64,000 nt of DNA, from NCBI GenBank assembly GCA_000004985.1, contig GG738859.1, one strand, 5' to 3'. Shown one piece after another: positions 9,301-20,179 of this stretch. Each line of letters opens with the position of its first letter. Positions within the stretch are counted from its first letter, which is position 1. The DNA is from Naegleria gruberi. Lineage: Eukaryota. Position numbers and translations under genes: made by a program. The notes under the pieces are model-generated. The model did not search any database, was not told the DNA's origin, and was given only the letters and a program-made list of their open reading frames with translations.

Positions 9301-11424
9301 CTATTCCCTTATGTCTTCTGAATAGGTTGGGCATGGTGATCCAGGCATTTCTTTGGTCATTTCTGAAACATCCAAATCATCTACTGGTCCTAACAAGGCA
9401 TCTACAATGGTAGAAACGACAGGTTTCACTGGAATATGACTAAACTCATGAATGAACATGTCATAGGTTGAAGCTGGTTTTCCTTGTTGGGTATCTGCTG
9501 CTCTCTCATCTATGAATATTTTGGTTGGTGCTTCTCTTGATTCATTATATTGCTTGACAAGTTCAAATGCCTCTCTATTACTAACAATGCTACTCTTGTC
9601 AATTTCCAAATCTTGTTGAACTGTCTCAACAACATCCCTCACAATGAACTCACCAAAGTTAATAGATCTCAGTAATGCAAGAGCCATTGATACAAATGCC
9701 AATTGATTGAAAAACTCAAACATTGCAATACTATTGTACATGTACAAATTAGATAGAATAAAGCAAGAAGCTGTTGGAATAAAAGCAGCATTTCTATTCT
9801 TGCAAAATACCATACTAATCATTGGAACGTACAGGAAATTCAAGAGTTGATAAAAGAGCCACATCTTTTCACCTCTCACAATGTGATTCTGTTCGACATG
9901 CATTCGATCTGAATTATCCAAGAACATGTAGTAGAGAGAAAGTGATTCGAAACTGAGGGCAGAAACCAGGAAAATGATAAATGAAATGGAATTAGCATAT
10001 GGAAGACACATCATGATTAGCAATGTGAAAGCAACCGAAACGATTGCGTGTGAAATATACGAAACATATGGATTATCCAACATGAATGGATTAGTTTCTT
10101 CCAGTTGTGTTTGAGAAAAGTCAATACCATTCACTAACCAAATAACAAACTCTCTAGTTTTGTAAACTGTACTCAAGTACACATCTCTGTAAAGGAAATT
10201 CAACAAGGTTTTAGCTTGTCTAATAATGGAAATGCCAGTAAACCAATCTTGAAAATTCTTGGATGAGAATTTCATAGAAATTGGTTGAGCACTTGCACTT
10301 TTCAATGGATTAATTCCTTCATTATGATGGGTGACAGTTACTTGAGGTGAAATAATTGGTGCTTGTCTGATTGTCTCTAGATTTGGGGTCACTTCTTCCA
10401 CCTTTCCAGTTACTATTCTAGAATTATTCAAGGATCTATGCCTATCAAATTCAGTCTTTGGAATTTCATATTCCTTAATTGGAAATTGAACAGTTTGTTG
10501 AGATCCAAACCAAAAATTGGCAAGATTTGAAATATCCTGTTTAAATTCAGGTAAATTAATTCTATTCAATGCCATTAATTGACCAATAACATTTCTCTGA
10601 GGGAAATATTTTGAAATTTCATTGTAAACATCAACTTTTCCAATTCTACCACCTGAATCAATGCAATTCTTACTCACATCAACAGAATTGATTTCATGAT
10701 TGAAAACTTTCAAATATTCTTCTTCAAGGGAGGATTTGGAAGATACGTTGGAATCGAATATGATTGGACTAAAGAAATGGAGAGCATCTTTGAAAACTAA
10801 TCGATCAAAGATTAGATATTTACAAGAAACTGGAAATGAGGGAGAATTAACGGATTCAATCAATGGATTTGGAGGTTCACCAACGAATAATTGTTCATCT
10901 ATTTTTGGATATCTCAACAAGTAATTGTAAAAAATTGAATAATTACTAAATTTGTTTGATTTCTTATTTGGGAAAATTCTAAACTTGGAATGCACACGTT
11001 TAATCTTGCTAACTAAATAATCAATCATCTTCAATTGCTCTTCAATAATTGGAGAGTTGGAACATTTTTCCCGAACCATTTCATTCAATTTTTCAGAAAT
11101 TTCCAGATATTTCCCATGACTGAGATAAAACTTGTTGAATGTTGACTGTGAAAGTGGGTGTGAGAGTGAGAGATGTGGAGGTTTCTTTAGATAGGTTAAT
11201 CTTTTCAAAGATATTCTGGCCAATTCGGTTTTTGCAAGTTGGGATAAACAGTTTGTTGCTCTACTTTCGAATAGATTTAATTGTTGAGTTTGATGAAGAG
11301 AAGGACTTGCATTGAGTGTGGTAACACATATTGTACCTGTTGCTAGGACTTGGAGGGTGGTGAAGGAAACTATTAGAATGAGGGAAACAAGAAAGATTGA
11401 AATGAAGGTGTAAATGCAAGACAT
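9301..11424 (-). CDS. Multi-pass membrane protein with an N-terminal signal peptide, a large extracytoplasmic domain and a C-terminal cluster of 5-7 TM helices (receptor-like)
   Basis: 707-aa ATG ORF. It starts with a hydrophobic signal/anchor (MSCIYTFISIFLVSLILIVSFTTLQVLA). About 450 aa of hydrophilic sequence follow. The C-terminal third holds several roughly 20-aa hydrophobic segments (YVSYISHAIVSVAFTLLIMMCLPY, SISFIIFLVSALSF, WLFYQLLNFLYVPMISMVFC, FIPTASCFILSNLYMY, LAFVSMALALL). I recognise no family. Confidence 0.5.
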   Translation of the reverse strand: MSCIYTFISIFLVSLILIVSFTTLQVLATGTICVTTLNASPSLHQTQQLNLFESRATNCLSQLAKTELARISLKRLTYLKKPPHLSLSHPLSQSTFNKFYLSHGKYLEISEKLNEMVREKCSNSPIIEEQLKMIDYLVSKIKRVHSKFRIFPNKKSNKFSNYSIFYNYLLRYPKIDEQLFVGEPPNPLIESVNSPSFPVSCKYLIFDRLVFKDALHFFSPIIFDSNVSSKSSLEEEYLKVFNHEINSVDVSKNCIDSGGRIGKVDVYNEISKYFPQRNVIGQLMALNRINLPEFKQDISNLANFWFGSQQTVQFPIKEYEIPKTEFDRHRSLNNSRIVTGKVEEVTPNLETIRQAPIISPQVTVTHHNEGINPLKSASAQPISMKFSSKNFQDWFTGISIIRQAKTLLNFLYRDVYLSTVYKTREFVIWLVNGIDFSQTQLEETNPFMLDNPYVSYISHAIVSVAFTLLIMMCLPYANSISFIIFLVSALSFESLSLYYMFLDNSDRMHVEQNHIVRGEKMWLFYQLLNFLYVPMISMVFCKNRNAAFIPTASCFILSNLYMYNSIAMFEFFNQLAFVSMALALLRSINFGEFIVRDVVETVQQDLEIDKSSIVSNREAFELVKQYNESREAPTKIFIDERAADTQQGKPASTYDMFIHEFSHIPVKPVVSTIVDALLGPVDDLDVSEMTKEMPGSPCPTYSEDIRE

Positions 11425-11478
11425 TTTTTTTCAACCTTTCCAAATTTGAGTAAAATTTAAAAATGTAAAGATACTATT

Positions 11479-14385
11479 TTAGTTAATATTAATTTGGATG
11501 ATTTCGTTCTTGTCAGTTTCGAAAGGTTCCAGAACGACGTTCACTTGTGAATCAATAATATCTGGTAATATTGATAGAGTTGACTTGACTAATCTTCCCT
11601 TTTCCAAATCTGACATCCATTTAAAGTATAAATTATTTGGCTGTTTCGTATTTTCTCTTCTTGTTTGTTGTGAAATCAATAGAGAATGACATGCCTTTCT
11701 AAGATTTTCAATATTTACAAATGGTAAATGAACAACCATCTTGGAATAGTGATAGAATGGATCTTTCAATGAATTTTTCAATCCTTCATCATTTGGATCA
11801 ATATCTAAATCTTCCTCAATCGTATGATTACTCTTCTTATGGTACAAATCATAAATTGTCGAGGTGTGAGATGAGATCAATTGGGAGAGAACTTGTTTTT
11901 CCTGATCGGTGTGAAGACACTCGTGCACGAGTTTGATTTTGTGGAGTGGGATCACTGCAAGTAAGCTTTCAATTGGATTCAGAGGAAGTCCCTTGTGGAA
12001 GGTTATTTCTGTGAAGAGTTCTTTCAAATTTACAAAATCACTAGCTGCAGGAGCATAATGGAAGTTATAGGAATATTCCCAAGATGGCACTCCAAAGTAG
12101 TAATAATAAAAGGTCCAGTACATTGCCTTGAGGTATTCCTTGACAAGTTCTCTCACTTGAGGACCTCCACCTTTTGAGGAGCTATCATAAGTGATATTGA
12201 GCTTTCTACTATAATAATTAACTTTCCACTTTTCCATATCAACATAGGGTGGAGGTGGCATTCCTTCTTTTTTCTTGAGTGAAATGCTAGATGTCAATAC
12301 TTTGAATTTCTTGACTCTTTCCTCCTCTTGATGGAATTCAAAGCTCAAATTATGTGTCTTTTGCTTGTAATCTTTCTTTTTGTAATTTTTCTTTGAAACC
12401 TTTACAAGTTTGCTTCCAGTCTTGGTTGATACATTTCCAAATACTACTAATTGTTCTACTGAGGTTTGCATGGATGTGTTGACTTGATTCTCAATAATAA
12501 TTGAGAGTTTGCTCACATTTTGGAAAGCACTGAGTTTCAATTTGAGTTCACATCCACTTGCTTGAATGGATTCTATTAAATCTTTTCCTTTGAATTCTTG
12601 ATTTATCTTGTGAGAGTCTATTGAAACAAAATCTACAGTTTGATTAATAAATAATTTGATGGAAATTCCTTCCAAATCTTTTGGTGTAGAATTATTGATA
12701 CGAATTAGTAAGCTGCACAGACTGAGAGGTTGTTTAAATGGAATGTCGAACATTATTTCAGAGTCGATATTACTCTTAGCAATATAGGTACTTGTGAATT
12801 TTCCTGAAACGCTAGCAGTGATGGAAGAGAGCATGAGGAACCTCTTCATTTCAATATCTGAATTTAGAGCGAGTGACTTGTCTAAATCAATCATTGCCAA
12901 TAGATTTTTAAAATGTTCAGTATTGACAACGGATTTAACAACCTCGAGATCATTATCATTTTGGTGACCGGCTTTAGGTTTGCTTTCTTCTTCACTTGCT
13001 GTTGTGGTGGTACTGGCCTGCTCTTTAGCTTTGGTCCTCTCCTCTATTGATTTCTTCTCATTGATCAATTGAAGCTCCTTCTTGAGTCTGTTTGTGAGAA
13101 CTCTCACCTCAAGACGACCAATTACTTGCATGAAAGTTTCTAATCTTTCCAAATTGATGAGTTCTGAAGGATTTGAAGAGTTGGTAATGTAGCATCCCTT
13201 AAAGACAGTTGAAAATAGAGTTCTATAAACTTTGAAGAGGTAACCAAGTGCATTTTCGTCCTTTCCAATATCTAGAGTTGGAAGTGAAGAAATAAAGTCA
13301 TTTCCACAAACAAACAACATGAGAATGAAATCATCAATCACTCTATTCAAATCAAATTCAATACTAGAATTCAAATCTTGTCTCATATATTTTTCAATTA
13401 ATTTTCTAACAAGAGAAATTTCCACCAAATGAAACTTGTGATCAAATCTGTCCTTGTCAACTGTTCTACTCGAAGAATTTGATTTCTTTTTAAAGTTTCT
13501 TCTAACTTTCCATCTAGAATACACTTGATTAAAAGAATCAGACACTGAAGGCATCCAATCTCTTAACACATAAATATCCTCCTCATGAGTAACTAGAGAA
13601 AGTAATATCAAATCACTATCCATACCATAAATCATGAATTTTTCACTCTTTCTATTTGGAATTTGTTGAACTTTTCTAATATGACTCATAATCTTGTGTT
13701 CTCCCTCACCAAACACACTCGAATCTGAAAAGATAATATTCTCAATATTTCTCCAATTTGGATCATCTTGTAATTTCCTCTTGATGAAAAACTGCAAATG
13801 TTCAGATAATTCCTTCATAAAACTAGTTCCACTCGTAATGGAAATTGAATCAAACAATGATTCATCCTCCTTCTTCTTTCTATTTTCCTCTCCGTGATGA
13901 AGATCATGTTGTTCTCCGTGATGATTTCCATGCTGATGGTGATGATGATGTCTCTTTGGTAAGCCAGAGTGATTATTGAATGAAACCCATCTTCTCTCAC
14001 GTTGCTGATTAATCTTGGCACATGGTGCTGATCCATCGAGAGCAAACATCAATGTCTTGGATGGTCTAAACCGATAGATTACCTCCTCCAAATATAACAG
14101 AATGGAAAAGATGAATTTTTCCATCGTCATCGGAATTTCCACTTCTTCATTATTTGATGAAGATGAAGAGGATGAAGAAGAGGACGATGATACTAGACGT
14201 TCCAATAATTTAGTTTGTAAATTAGTGTCCTTGAAGGTATGTATTATTCCATTCATATCAAGATAGAGATGATCAATAGTCATTGTTGTATTGGATGAAG
14301 AGGATGCTGATGAGGATGGAATGATTTCCTTGATCATCTCTGGACATTCACTCAACAGAAATGAAAAGAGAAACGGAACACCCAT
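11479..14385 (-). CDS. XRN-family 5'-3' exoribonuclease, short paralogue (968 aa), Xrn1-like catalytic N-terminus
   Basis: Begins MGVPFLFSFLLSECP...LYLDMNGIIH, the XRN_N signature shared by Xrn1/Rat1 (MG[VI]P.FFR...D.NGI.H). It also has the conserved acidic active-site blocks (FALDGSAPCAKINQQRERR; GEGEHKIM; ...LDSDLI). There is a His-rich insert (HHHHHQHGNHHGEQHDLHHGEE). It lacks the long Xrn1 C-terminal region. Confidence 0.8.
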   Translation of the reverse strand: MGVPFLFSFLLSECPEMIKEIIPSSSASSSSNTTMTIDHLYLDMNGIIHTFKDTNLQTKLLERLVSSSSSSSSSSSSNNEEVEIPMTMEKFIFSILLYLEEVIYRFRPSKTLMFALDGSAPCAKINQQRERRWVSFNNHSGLPKRHHHHHQHGNHHGEQHDLHHGEENRKKKEDESLFDSISITSGTSFMKELSEHLQFFIKRKLQDDPNWRNIENIIFSDSSVFGEGEHKIMSHIRKVQQIPNRKSEKFMIYGMDSDLILLSLVTHEEDIYVLRDWMPSVSDSFNQVYSRWKVRRNFKKKSNSSSRTVDKDRFDHKFHLVEISLVRKLIEKYMRQDLNSSIEFDLNRVIDDFILMLFVCGNDFISSLPTLDIGKDENALGYLFKVYRTLFSTVFKGCYITNSSNPSELINLERLETFMQVIGRLEVRVLTNRLKKELQLINEKKSIEERTKAKEQASTTTTASEEESKPKAGHQNDNDLEVVKSVVNTEHFKNLLAMIDLDKSLALNSDIEMKRFLMLSSITASVSGKFTSTYIAKSNIDSEIMFDIPFKQPLSLCSLLIRINNSTPKDLEGISIKLFINQTVDFVSIDSHKINQEFKGKDLIESIQASGCELKLKLSAFQNVSKLSIIIENQVNTSMQTSVEQLVVFGNVSTKTGSKLVKVSKKNYKKKDYKQKTHNLSFEFHQEEERVKKFKVLTSSISLKKKEGMPPPPYVDMEKWKVNYYSRKLNITYDSSSKGGGPQVRELVKEYLKAMYWTFYYYYFGVPSWEYSYNFHYAPAASDFVNLKELFTEITFHKGLPLNPIESLLAVIPLHKIKLVHECLHTDQEKQVLSQLISSHTSTIYDLYHKKSNHTIEEDLDIDPNDEGLKNSLKDPFYHYSKMVVHLPFVNIENLRKACHSLLISQQTRRENTKQPNNLYFKWMSDLEKGRLVKSTLSILPDIIDSQVNVVLEPFETDKNEIIQININ

Positions 14386-14873
14386 CTTGTGCTATTTTTT
14401 TTTGTAAACTTTTTCATTTTAATCAAAAATTAACTGTTGTTTATCAATGATTGGTTGTTGAAATGATTGAGATATGGACTGGAACTGGATTGTTTCTCGG
14501 TTGGAAAGAAAAGACATCAAATCTTTTGAACAATAATGTGTTCCAGGGTTTTTCTATCAAAACCTGCAGTATTAATTAAAAAGAAACTTAAAGCTAAGAT
14601 CAAGGAAATAGAATTTCTTTAGAACATGGTTCTAAGCTATGAAACATTATTTCCTTACCAAACGTAAATACATCATTGAATAAGAAATCACAATCTCCTT
14701 AGTAATTTATTAGAGTGAGAATAATGCAGATTTGTGTAAATGAATTAAGCTTGAGCATGTCATAACACCAGATTACATTATTTATCCTTATAAATATCTA
14801 TTGTTGGTACAAATGTGGAAAAGTGATTACATTTATGGACTTATTTTAATTACCGCCCACAACCCAAAAAAAA
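14386..14873. promoter_or_regulatory. Divergent intergenic region between the XRN1-like (-) and F-box (+) genes. Presumed shared promoter region.
   Basis: Inferred from the head-to-head arrangement and AT-rich composition only. Confidence 0.25.
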
Positions 14874-17000
14874 ATGCAACAACTGGATATCACCTCGGGT
14901 CCTGTCTCTAATTTGTCCCACCTCATTCAATTCATCAGCAATTGTGACGAAATCATCAACCGAAACCCAAAACCACTTCATTATGAAGAATTGCCAAAAC
15001 CACAAAATTGCAATTTTGACTTTTTATTAATTGGTTCGAGAGCATTAAATCATTATTGGAGCACAGAGAGATGGCCCATCACCACCTCGTCAGACGAATC
15101 TATTCGAAACTCCACATGGACACGTACCATTATCAAGAAATGGTCCGAGGAGAGATTTAACAGAAAATCCGATTGGGATTTAATATGTATGAATAGGGAG
15201 GCACTTGTTAAATTGTTAAAATCCAAAGAATTTAAACAAGTTTCCATTAATTATATTCTCCATTACAATTTGAAAGTAAGAGATTGTGAAAGTGATAGTT
15301 GGAATGGATCGAATAGAAATTTTGTTGATTGGTTTTTGGATGGTGGTCAACCTAGGAGATGGATTGAGTTTTCTGTTCGATTGGAACAATTTGATGGTGA
15401 AATTATTGAAATTGAGTATTGTACTGATAGATATCATTTGATGAAATATTTAGAACTTTCGAATAATGTAGTCGATAGGGAGGAAGTGGAGAAACTTCCG
15501 TTGGGTTTGAAGGATTCTTCATGTGGAATTGCTCCATTACAATTATTGGAAATTATCAAGAAATCACATTTACAATTCAATATTATGAGTGAAAATTGGT
15601 TGAAACACATATTCGATACTGAACTAATTCACTTTATTCTTCCAAAATCTGATCAATATCAAGAAGAATCACTTTCAGATTCAATGAATAATTTTATTGG
15701 ACTTGTACATTACGATCGTCTCACTAAAAGAATTGTGAAATCCTTACAAGATGATGACAATGACAGTTTGTCCACCAAATTGGAAAAGTACATGTTTCAC
15801 AAATATAGAAATGATGAAGAGGATGTGGATAAAGTGATTAGTCCAGTAAATGAGGAAATGCTATTCAGTGCATTTGGAGTTTCGGCTATTTTTAAAGAAC
15901 CTTTTTTGTTGAAAAATAATTTTCAATCACTGAGTTATATTGCACAACAAGTTGCTGCATATTTACTGTCGTCAGTTACGCATGCTATTGAAGATTCGAA
16001 TGAATTGGAGAAATTGGTATTCGAATCGGTGAGAAATGCTATTGAATATAATTTTGATAACTTTCTCTATTCGATTATTAGGGATAACTTTATGAAGATT
16101 GCTGAAATGGTTTACAAAATGTTGAACAAACCTCAAGTTTTCAAAGAATTATTCGAAACTAGAGTTGAAATGAAAGATTTCAGATTTGAAAATACTCCAA
16201 TTGACTTTGAAAACGACAATGTGAAGGAAGTTTCAAATATGGAAGGCGCCACTCTCTCAAATCAATATCTTCCTATAGAAATTATTATGAAAATAGCATC
16301 ATACATTCCAAAGGCTCACGATTTCGCCAATCTAATGAGATTAGACAAGAGTTGGAATCATCTATTCGAATCTAATGATGTTTGGAAGTACCTTTACTTT
16401 TGCAGATATCCAACACCAGCTCACTACTCTTTCAAAAATGATAATTTCAAAGTGCACGATTGGAAACATTTTGTTCTCTCCAGATCCAACCTGGAAAGAG
16501 TTCAGTTTCCAACACAAAATGCATTAGATTGTCTTTCCAATGTGTTCAAATCAAAATTTATTGGGCAATCAACATTTTTTAAACAATTTGTTAATGATTT
16601 CTTTAACAATACGTATATTGCCGCCAAGATTTTCAAAGACGATACTGTGAACGAGTATAAAACCTTAAAGGCCTCCTTGATAACTTACTGGCCTCGTCAA
16701 CCTCCTCTCAAATATGAAATGGAAATTGTTTTAGATGTGGCCGTATACAGATCTGGGGATAGCAAAGGGAGTGGAAGAAGAGATACAGTTAGTGGAACAT
16801 TGTGTGGCTCAGGATATGAATACTTTTCAGATCCTGTAAAAAAGTCCAAATTCAGTATTCCACAAAATTTCATTGGCAAGTATTATCTGGAAAATATGAA
16901 ACCTGATCAATATGCTCCTCTCTTTACTACCTTACTGGCACTTGGTATGGGAAATGATTCCATTGTTCTTTGGGTATTGGGATTCGAGTGGTGCCGTTAG
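14874..17000 (+). CDS. F-box domain protein (708 aa) with a large uncharacterised N-terminal region
   Basis: Single ATG ORF. An F-box-like motif sits at about aa 465-510: LPIEIIMKIASYIPKAHDFANLMRLDKSWNHLFESNDVWKYLYF. The flanking regions have no domain I recognise. Confidence 0.55.
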   Translation: MQQLDITSGPVSNLSHLIQFISNCDEIINRNPKPLHYEELPKPQNCNFDFLLIGSRALNHYWSTERWPITTSSDESIRNSTWTRTIIKKWSEERFNRKSDWDLICMNREALVKLLKSKEFKQVSINYILHYNLKVRDCESDSWNGSNRNFVDWFLDGGQPRRWIEFSVRLEQFDGEIIEIEYCTDRYHLMKYLELSNNVVDREEVEKLPLGLKDSSCGIAPLQLLEIIKKSHLQFNIMSENWLKHIFDTELIHFILPKSDQYQEESLSDSMNNFIGLVHYDRLTKRIVKSLQDDDNDSLSTKLEKYMFHKYRNDEEDVDKVISPVNEEMLFSAFGVSAIFKEPFLLKNNFQSLSYIAQQVAAYLLSSVTHAIEDSNELEKLVFESVRNAIEYNFDNFLYSIIRDNFMKIAEMVYKMLNKPQVFKELFETRVEMKDFRFENTPIDFENDNVKEVSNMEGATLSNQYLPIEIIMKIASYIPKAHDFANLMRLDKSWNHLFESNDVWKYLYFCRYPTPAHYSFKNDNFKVHDWKHFVLSRSNLERVQFPTQNALDCLSNVFKSKFIGQSTFFKQFVNDFFNNTYIAAKIFKDDTVNEYKTLKASLITYWPRQPPLKYEMEIVLDVAVYRSGDSKGSGRRDTVSGTLCGSGYEYFSDPVKKSKFSIPQNFIGKYYLENMKPDQYAPLFTTLLALGMGNDSIVLWVLGFEWCR

Positions 17001-17035
17001 AATGGCAATAGTGGTTACAGTTCAAAAATTAAACT

Positions 17036-20000
17036 TTACTTCTTTACAGTAAACTTGCTCAACAAGGCCTTGAATTTGGCATTTGTACTTTCCTTCAACT
17101 TGTTCTTGCTGGCATCAACAGCAGCTTCTGGAGCAGGAGTTGATTCAGTTGTGGTAGATGAGCTAGCTCCTGTTGTTGCTGGCTTGCCTCCCTTATTCTT
17201 CTTTTGTCTCTTTCTCTTCTTCTTGGTCTTGCTTTCTGCGGAGGCTGCAGCGGCTGTGGTGGTAGCAGTTGACTCACTTGTTGCTGTTGTTTCAGTGGCT
17301 GCTGAGCTTGAGGCCTCTGTTGATGAAGATGCTTCCTTCTTTTCTTCAGTCTTGGTTTCAACCTTGGCTTCTTGTTTTGTTGACTTGTTCTTCTTCTTCT
17401 TCTTTTTGGCTGGACCTTCATTGCTATCTTCAGAAGTTCTCTTTTTTTCAGCAGTAACCTTGGCCTTAGCCTCAGCAATCTCAGCTCTCTTGTTACGTGC
17501 GACTCTGGCTCTGATTGGTTTTCTTTCAGTGGAGATAGACTTTTCTTCATCCTGCATTTCGTTTGATTCCTCTGTGGTAGATTCCTTCTTTTGGTGTGGA
17601 GTCTTTTGGGAATTATCCCTCTTAGAAGCCTTACTTGGTCTATTTGATTTGTAATCTTCGTTACGATTAGGAGCTCTCTTTGATCCTTGAGTGGTCTTTC
17701 TTGGGAACTTGATTCTGAAATTGTTACTCAAATTGCTCAAATCTTGATCTTCAGACATACTGACAAATCCTCCTACTTGCTTGAATGTACCGAGCTGTCT
17801 AGTGAGTGTGGAAACCAACTTGGCTTTAGGAATTGAATTTGTTGTGACAAATTTGTAAGCATCTTGAATTGGTACTGTAGGTGTACTGAACTTGTAAGCA
17901 GCGACTGATGCCTTTAATTCGCTTGCAACTACTTCACTTCCGAAAACCATTTCATTTGTATCAATCTTTGAGAAAACTCCAGAGAGAAGGGTATCATCAC
18001 CTTTGAATTTTTCTTCCTTTTCAACCTTATCTTCGAGTGTAGAAAGCTTCTTGTTAACTTCTGAATCAACTGCTGTATAAATAACATCGATACCAAACTT
18101 GTTCTTTCTCGATTCTTCTTCAGATAAGAGTGGATCAATTTCCTTAGTGATATTTTTAACCAAATCAAGATCGATGGAAGGTAATAATGATACAGCCTTA
18201 TAAACAATACCAGAAAAGTTACCATCCTTTTCGAATTCCTTTGGGAAGAACTTATCCAACTTTGGATTATTAAGAATGTCAGTGTATGTCTTTGGCAAAC
18301 AAGCTTCCATACTTTCCTTTGGAAGAATGGAGATAAGTTGTTGGTAAGCTGTTAATGGTTCACCCTTTTCAAAAGTAGTAATATCCTTAATGTATTCATC
18401 ATTAATTTCATCATAACAATCCAAAATATCACACATGACAGGAGCATAATGTTCAGGATATCTCCAATACCAAGATGGTGGATCATTGTAGGAATAGTAA
18501 TTGAAAGCCCAAACAATACCACGAAGATATTCTTTAACTAGTGTTTTTCTGAAAAGCAAAGAGGAATCTCCAAATTTCTTATGATAGTATTCTTGATGGA
18601 TTTCATCTGTATATTTCAAAATAATTGAAGTATTAATTTCGTGAATTACTTCTGCAGGATTATAAAAGCAAGCCTTGATCAATTGTTCTGGTTCCTTTAA
18701 TGATCTCAAGTTCTTTTTCTTATGGTTTTTGAAATATTCACGTAAAATCTTGAATACTACCTCAAATGGTTTGTGTGAGGCATTGTTTTTAGAAATTGTC
18801 TTCATCATTTTATCAAATTTGTGCAATTTAAGATTGGAACCAGAATAACAACCTTTCATATCCTCAATGAAAGAAGGTTGTTGATAAATATCTTCTTGTC
18901 TTTGATAATGTCTAATAGTAGAATGATATAATTTAGCAAACATTCCAATTACAGATTCTTCTCTAATTGACTGCATAGCCTTAATCATATTTTTAATATT
19001 GATCATAGAACTATTTGTATAATCGACAAGATAGTGAGGTCTTGGATCAAAATTATCCCCAAGACCAGATTCTTCCATACATTGTAATAAATATTTGGCA
19101 TATGAGTACATGATAATAGAAGCAGCATGGTTGTGCATGACTAGTGAAGGAACGTTTGGCAAAAAGTCATTACCAACAAACATCAAAAGCAGCACAACAT
19201 CTGAAACAAAGTTGGCATTAGACCAATCAATATTTTGTGATTTCGATGATGTGTCTAATTCTGCAATTGAAGAATAGATAACTCTAGCAAAGTGTCTACC
19301 CAATTCAGAAATGTTAAACAATTCTTTGTCTCTCTTATTCATTCTAACATTTTCCGAATCTCTGTAACTGAAAATCTTTGGAAGTCCAATTAAGGATGTC
19401 AACATGATCAAGTCAGCATCCAAACCGTGTACTACATGAAGCATTTCAGAGAATTCCTTACTGTTAATTGCCTTTTCTCTCTTCATATAACTCAAAATTT
19501 TGTGTTCACCTTCTCCAGGAACACTACTGTCACTCACTATCACCTTAATATGTGGGAATTCAGTAGCAATCAATTTAGCAGCTTGGTGAACTGTACTCAT
19601 GCATTTCATCATGAAAGGTGTACCTGGTGAAATTACATTGTGATCCCAGTGATTCTTTTTAGCTTCCATCCTTGCAATAGCAGAGTCCAATAACTTTTCT
19701 CTTTGCTGAATTTTATCCACTTCACTTTCTTTGATTTCCTTAGTCAATTCGTCCTTTTCCTTTGTAATCTCTGATTGAATTCTTCCAATAAATTTAAGTT
19801 TTTGTTCATTTTCACTAATTGCAACAAATCTACGATGACGTTGTTGTTCTTGTTTGGCTGCTGGAGCAACACCATCAACAGCAATATAAAACAAATTATT
19901 AGGTTGCACTGTTCTGGCCAATTGTAACAATTCAGCAGTTATTCGTTTCATCATGTCATCTTCATTCTCAGGTTTCTTTCCTGTTTGAGGATGGCAACAG

Positions 20001-20179
20001 GGGTGAATCAGACCATTCAAATCAATATAGAAATTATCTACACGTTGTTTTAATATATCCTGTACCAGTATTGATTGCTTATTAATTGGATAGACAATTT
20101 TATCATCAGCAGCATCCTTCTTGTCATTGGTGTCGATAACATTAGTTACCAACCAATAAATAAATCCCGGTACACCCAT
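17036..20179 (-). CDS. XRN2/Rat1-like 5'-3' exoribonuclease (1047 aa) with a Lys/Ser/Thr-rich C-terminal tail
   Basis: N-terminus MGVPGFIYWLV...FYIDLNGLIHPCCHPQTG (XRN_N with the Rat1/XRN2-type CCH insertion). It also has IAVDGVAPAAKQEQQRHRRF, GEGEHKIL and LDADLI. The C-terminal roughly 300 aa are K/E/S/T-rich low complexity. The overlapping track ORFs 17055..17654(+) and 17095..17550(-) are frame artefacts of this low-complexity tail. Confidence 0.85.
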   Translation of the reverse strand: MGVPGFIYWLVTNVIDTNDKKDAADDKIVYPINKQSILVQDILKQRVDNFYIDLNGLIHPCCHPQTGKKPENEDDMMKRITAELLQLARTVQPNNLFYIAVDGVAPAAKQEQQRHRRFVAISENEQKLKFIGRIQSEITKEKDELTKEIKESEVDKIQQREKLLDSAIARMEAKKNHWDHNVISPGTPFMMKCMSTVHQAAKLIATEFPHIKVIVSDSSVPGEGEHKILSYMKREKAINSKEFSEMLHVVHGLDADLIMLTSLIGLPKIFSYRDSENVRMNKRDKELFNISELGRHFARVIYSSIAELDTSSKSQNIDWSNANFVSDVVLLLMFVGNDFLPNVPSLVMHNHAASIIMYSYAKYLLQCMEESGLGDNFDPRPHYLVDYTNSSMINIKNMIKAMQSIREESVIGMFAKLYHSTIRHYQRQEDIYQQPSFIEDMKGCYSGSNLKLHKFDKMMKTISKNNASHKPFEVVFKILREYFKNHKKKNLRSLKEPEQLIKACFYNPAEVIHEINTSIILKYTDEIHQEYYHKKFGDSSLLFRKTLVKEYLRGIVWAFNYYSYNDPPSWYWRYPEHYAPVMCDILDCYDEINDEYIKDITTFEKGEPLTAYQQLISILPKESMEACLPKTYTDILNNPKLDKFFPKEFEKDGNFSGIVYKAVSLLPSIDLDLVKNITKEIDPLLSEEESRKNKFGIDVIYTAVDSEVNKKLSTLEDKVEKEEKFKGDDTLLSGVFSKIDTNEMVFGSEVVASELKASVAAYKFSTPTVPIQDAYKFVTTNSIPKAKLVSTLTRQLGTFKQVGGFVSMSEDQDLSNLSNNFRIKFPRKTTQGSKRAPNRNEDYKSNRPSKASKRDNSQKTPHQKKESTTEESNEMQDEEKSISTERKPIRARVARNKRAEIAEAKAKVTAEKKRTSEDSNEGPAKKKKKKNKSTKQEAKVETKTEEKKEASSSTEASSSAATETTATSESTATTTAAAASAESKTKKKRKRQKKNKGGKPATTGASSSTTTESTPAPEAAVDASKNKLKESTNAKFKALLSKFTVKK

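Noticed and set aside
17055-17654. Overlapping + and - strand ORFs (17055..17654, 17095..17550, 17269..17457) inside the 3' end of the XRN2-like gene
   Set aside because: They lie within a K/E/S/T/A-rich low-complexity coding region whose codon repeats leave several frames open. The XRN2 frame is the only one continuous with conserved domains.
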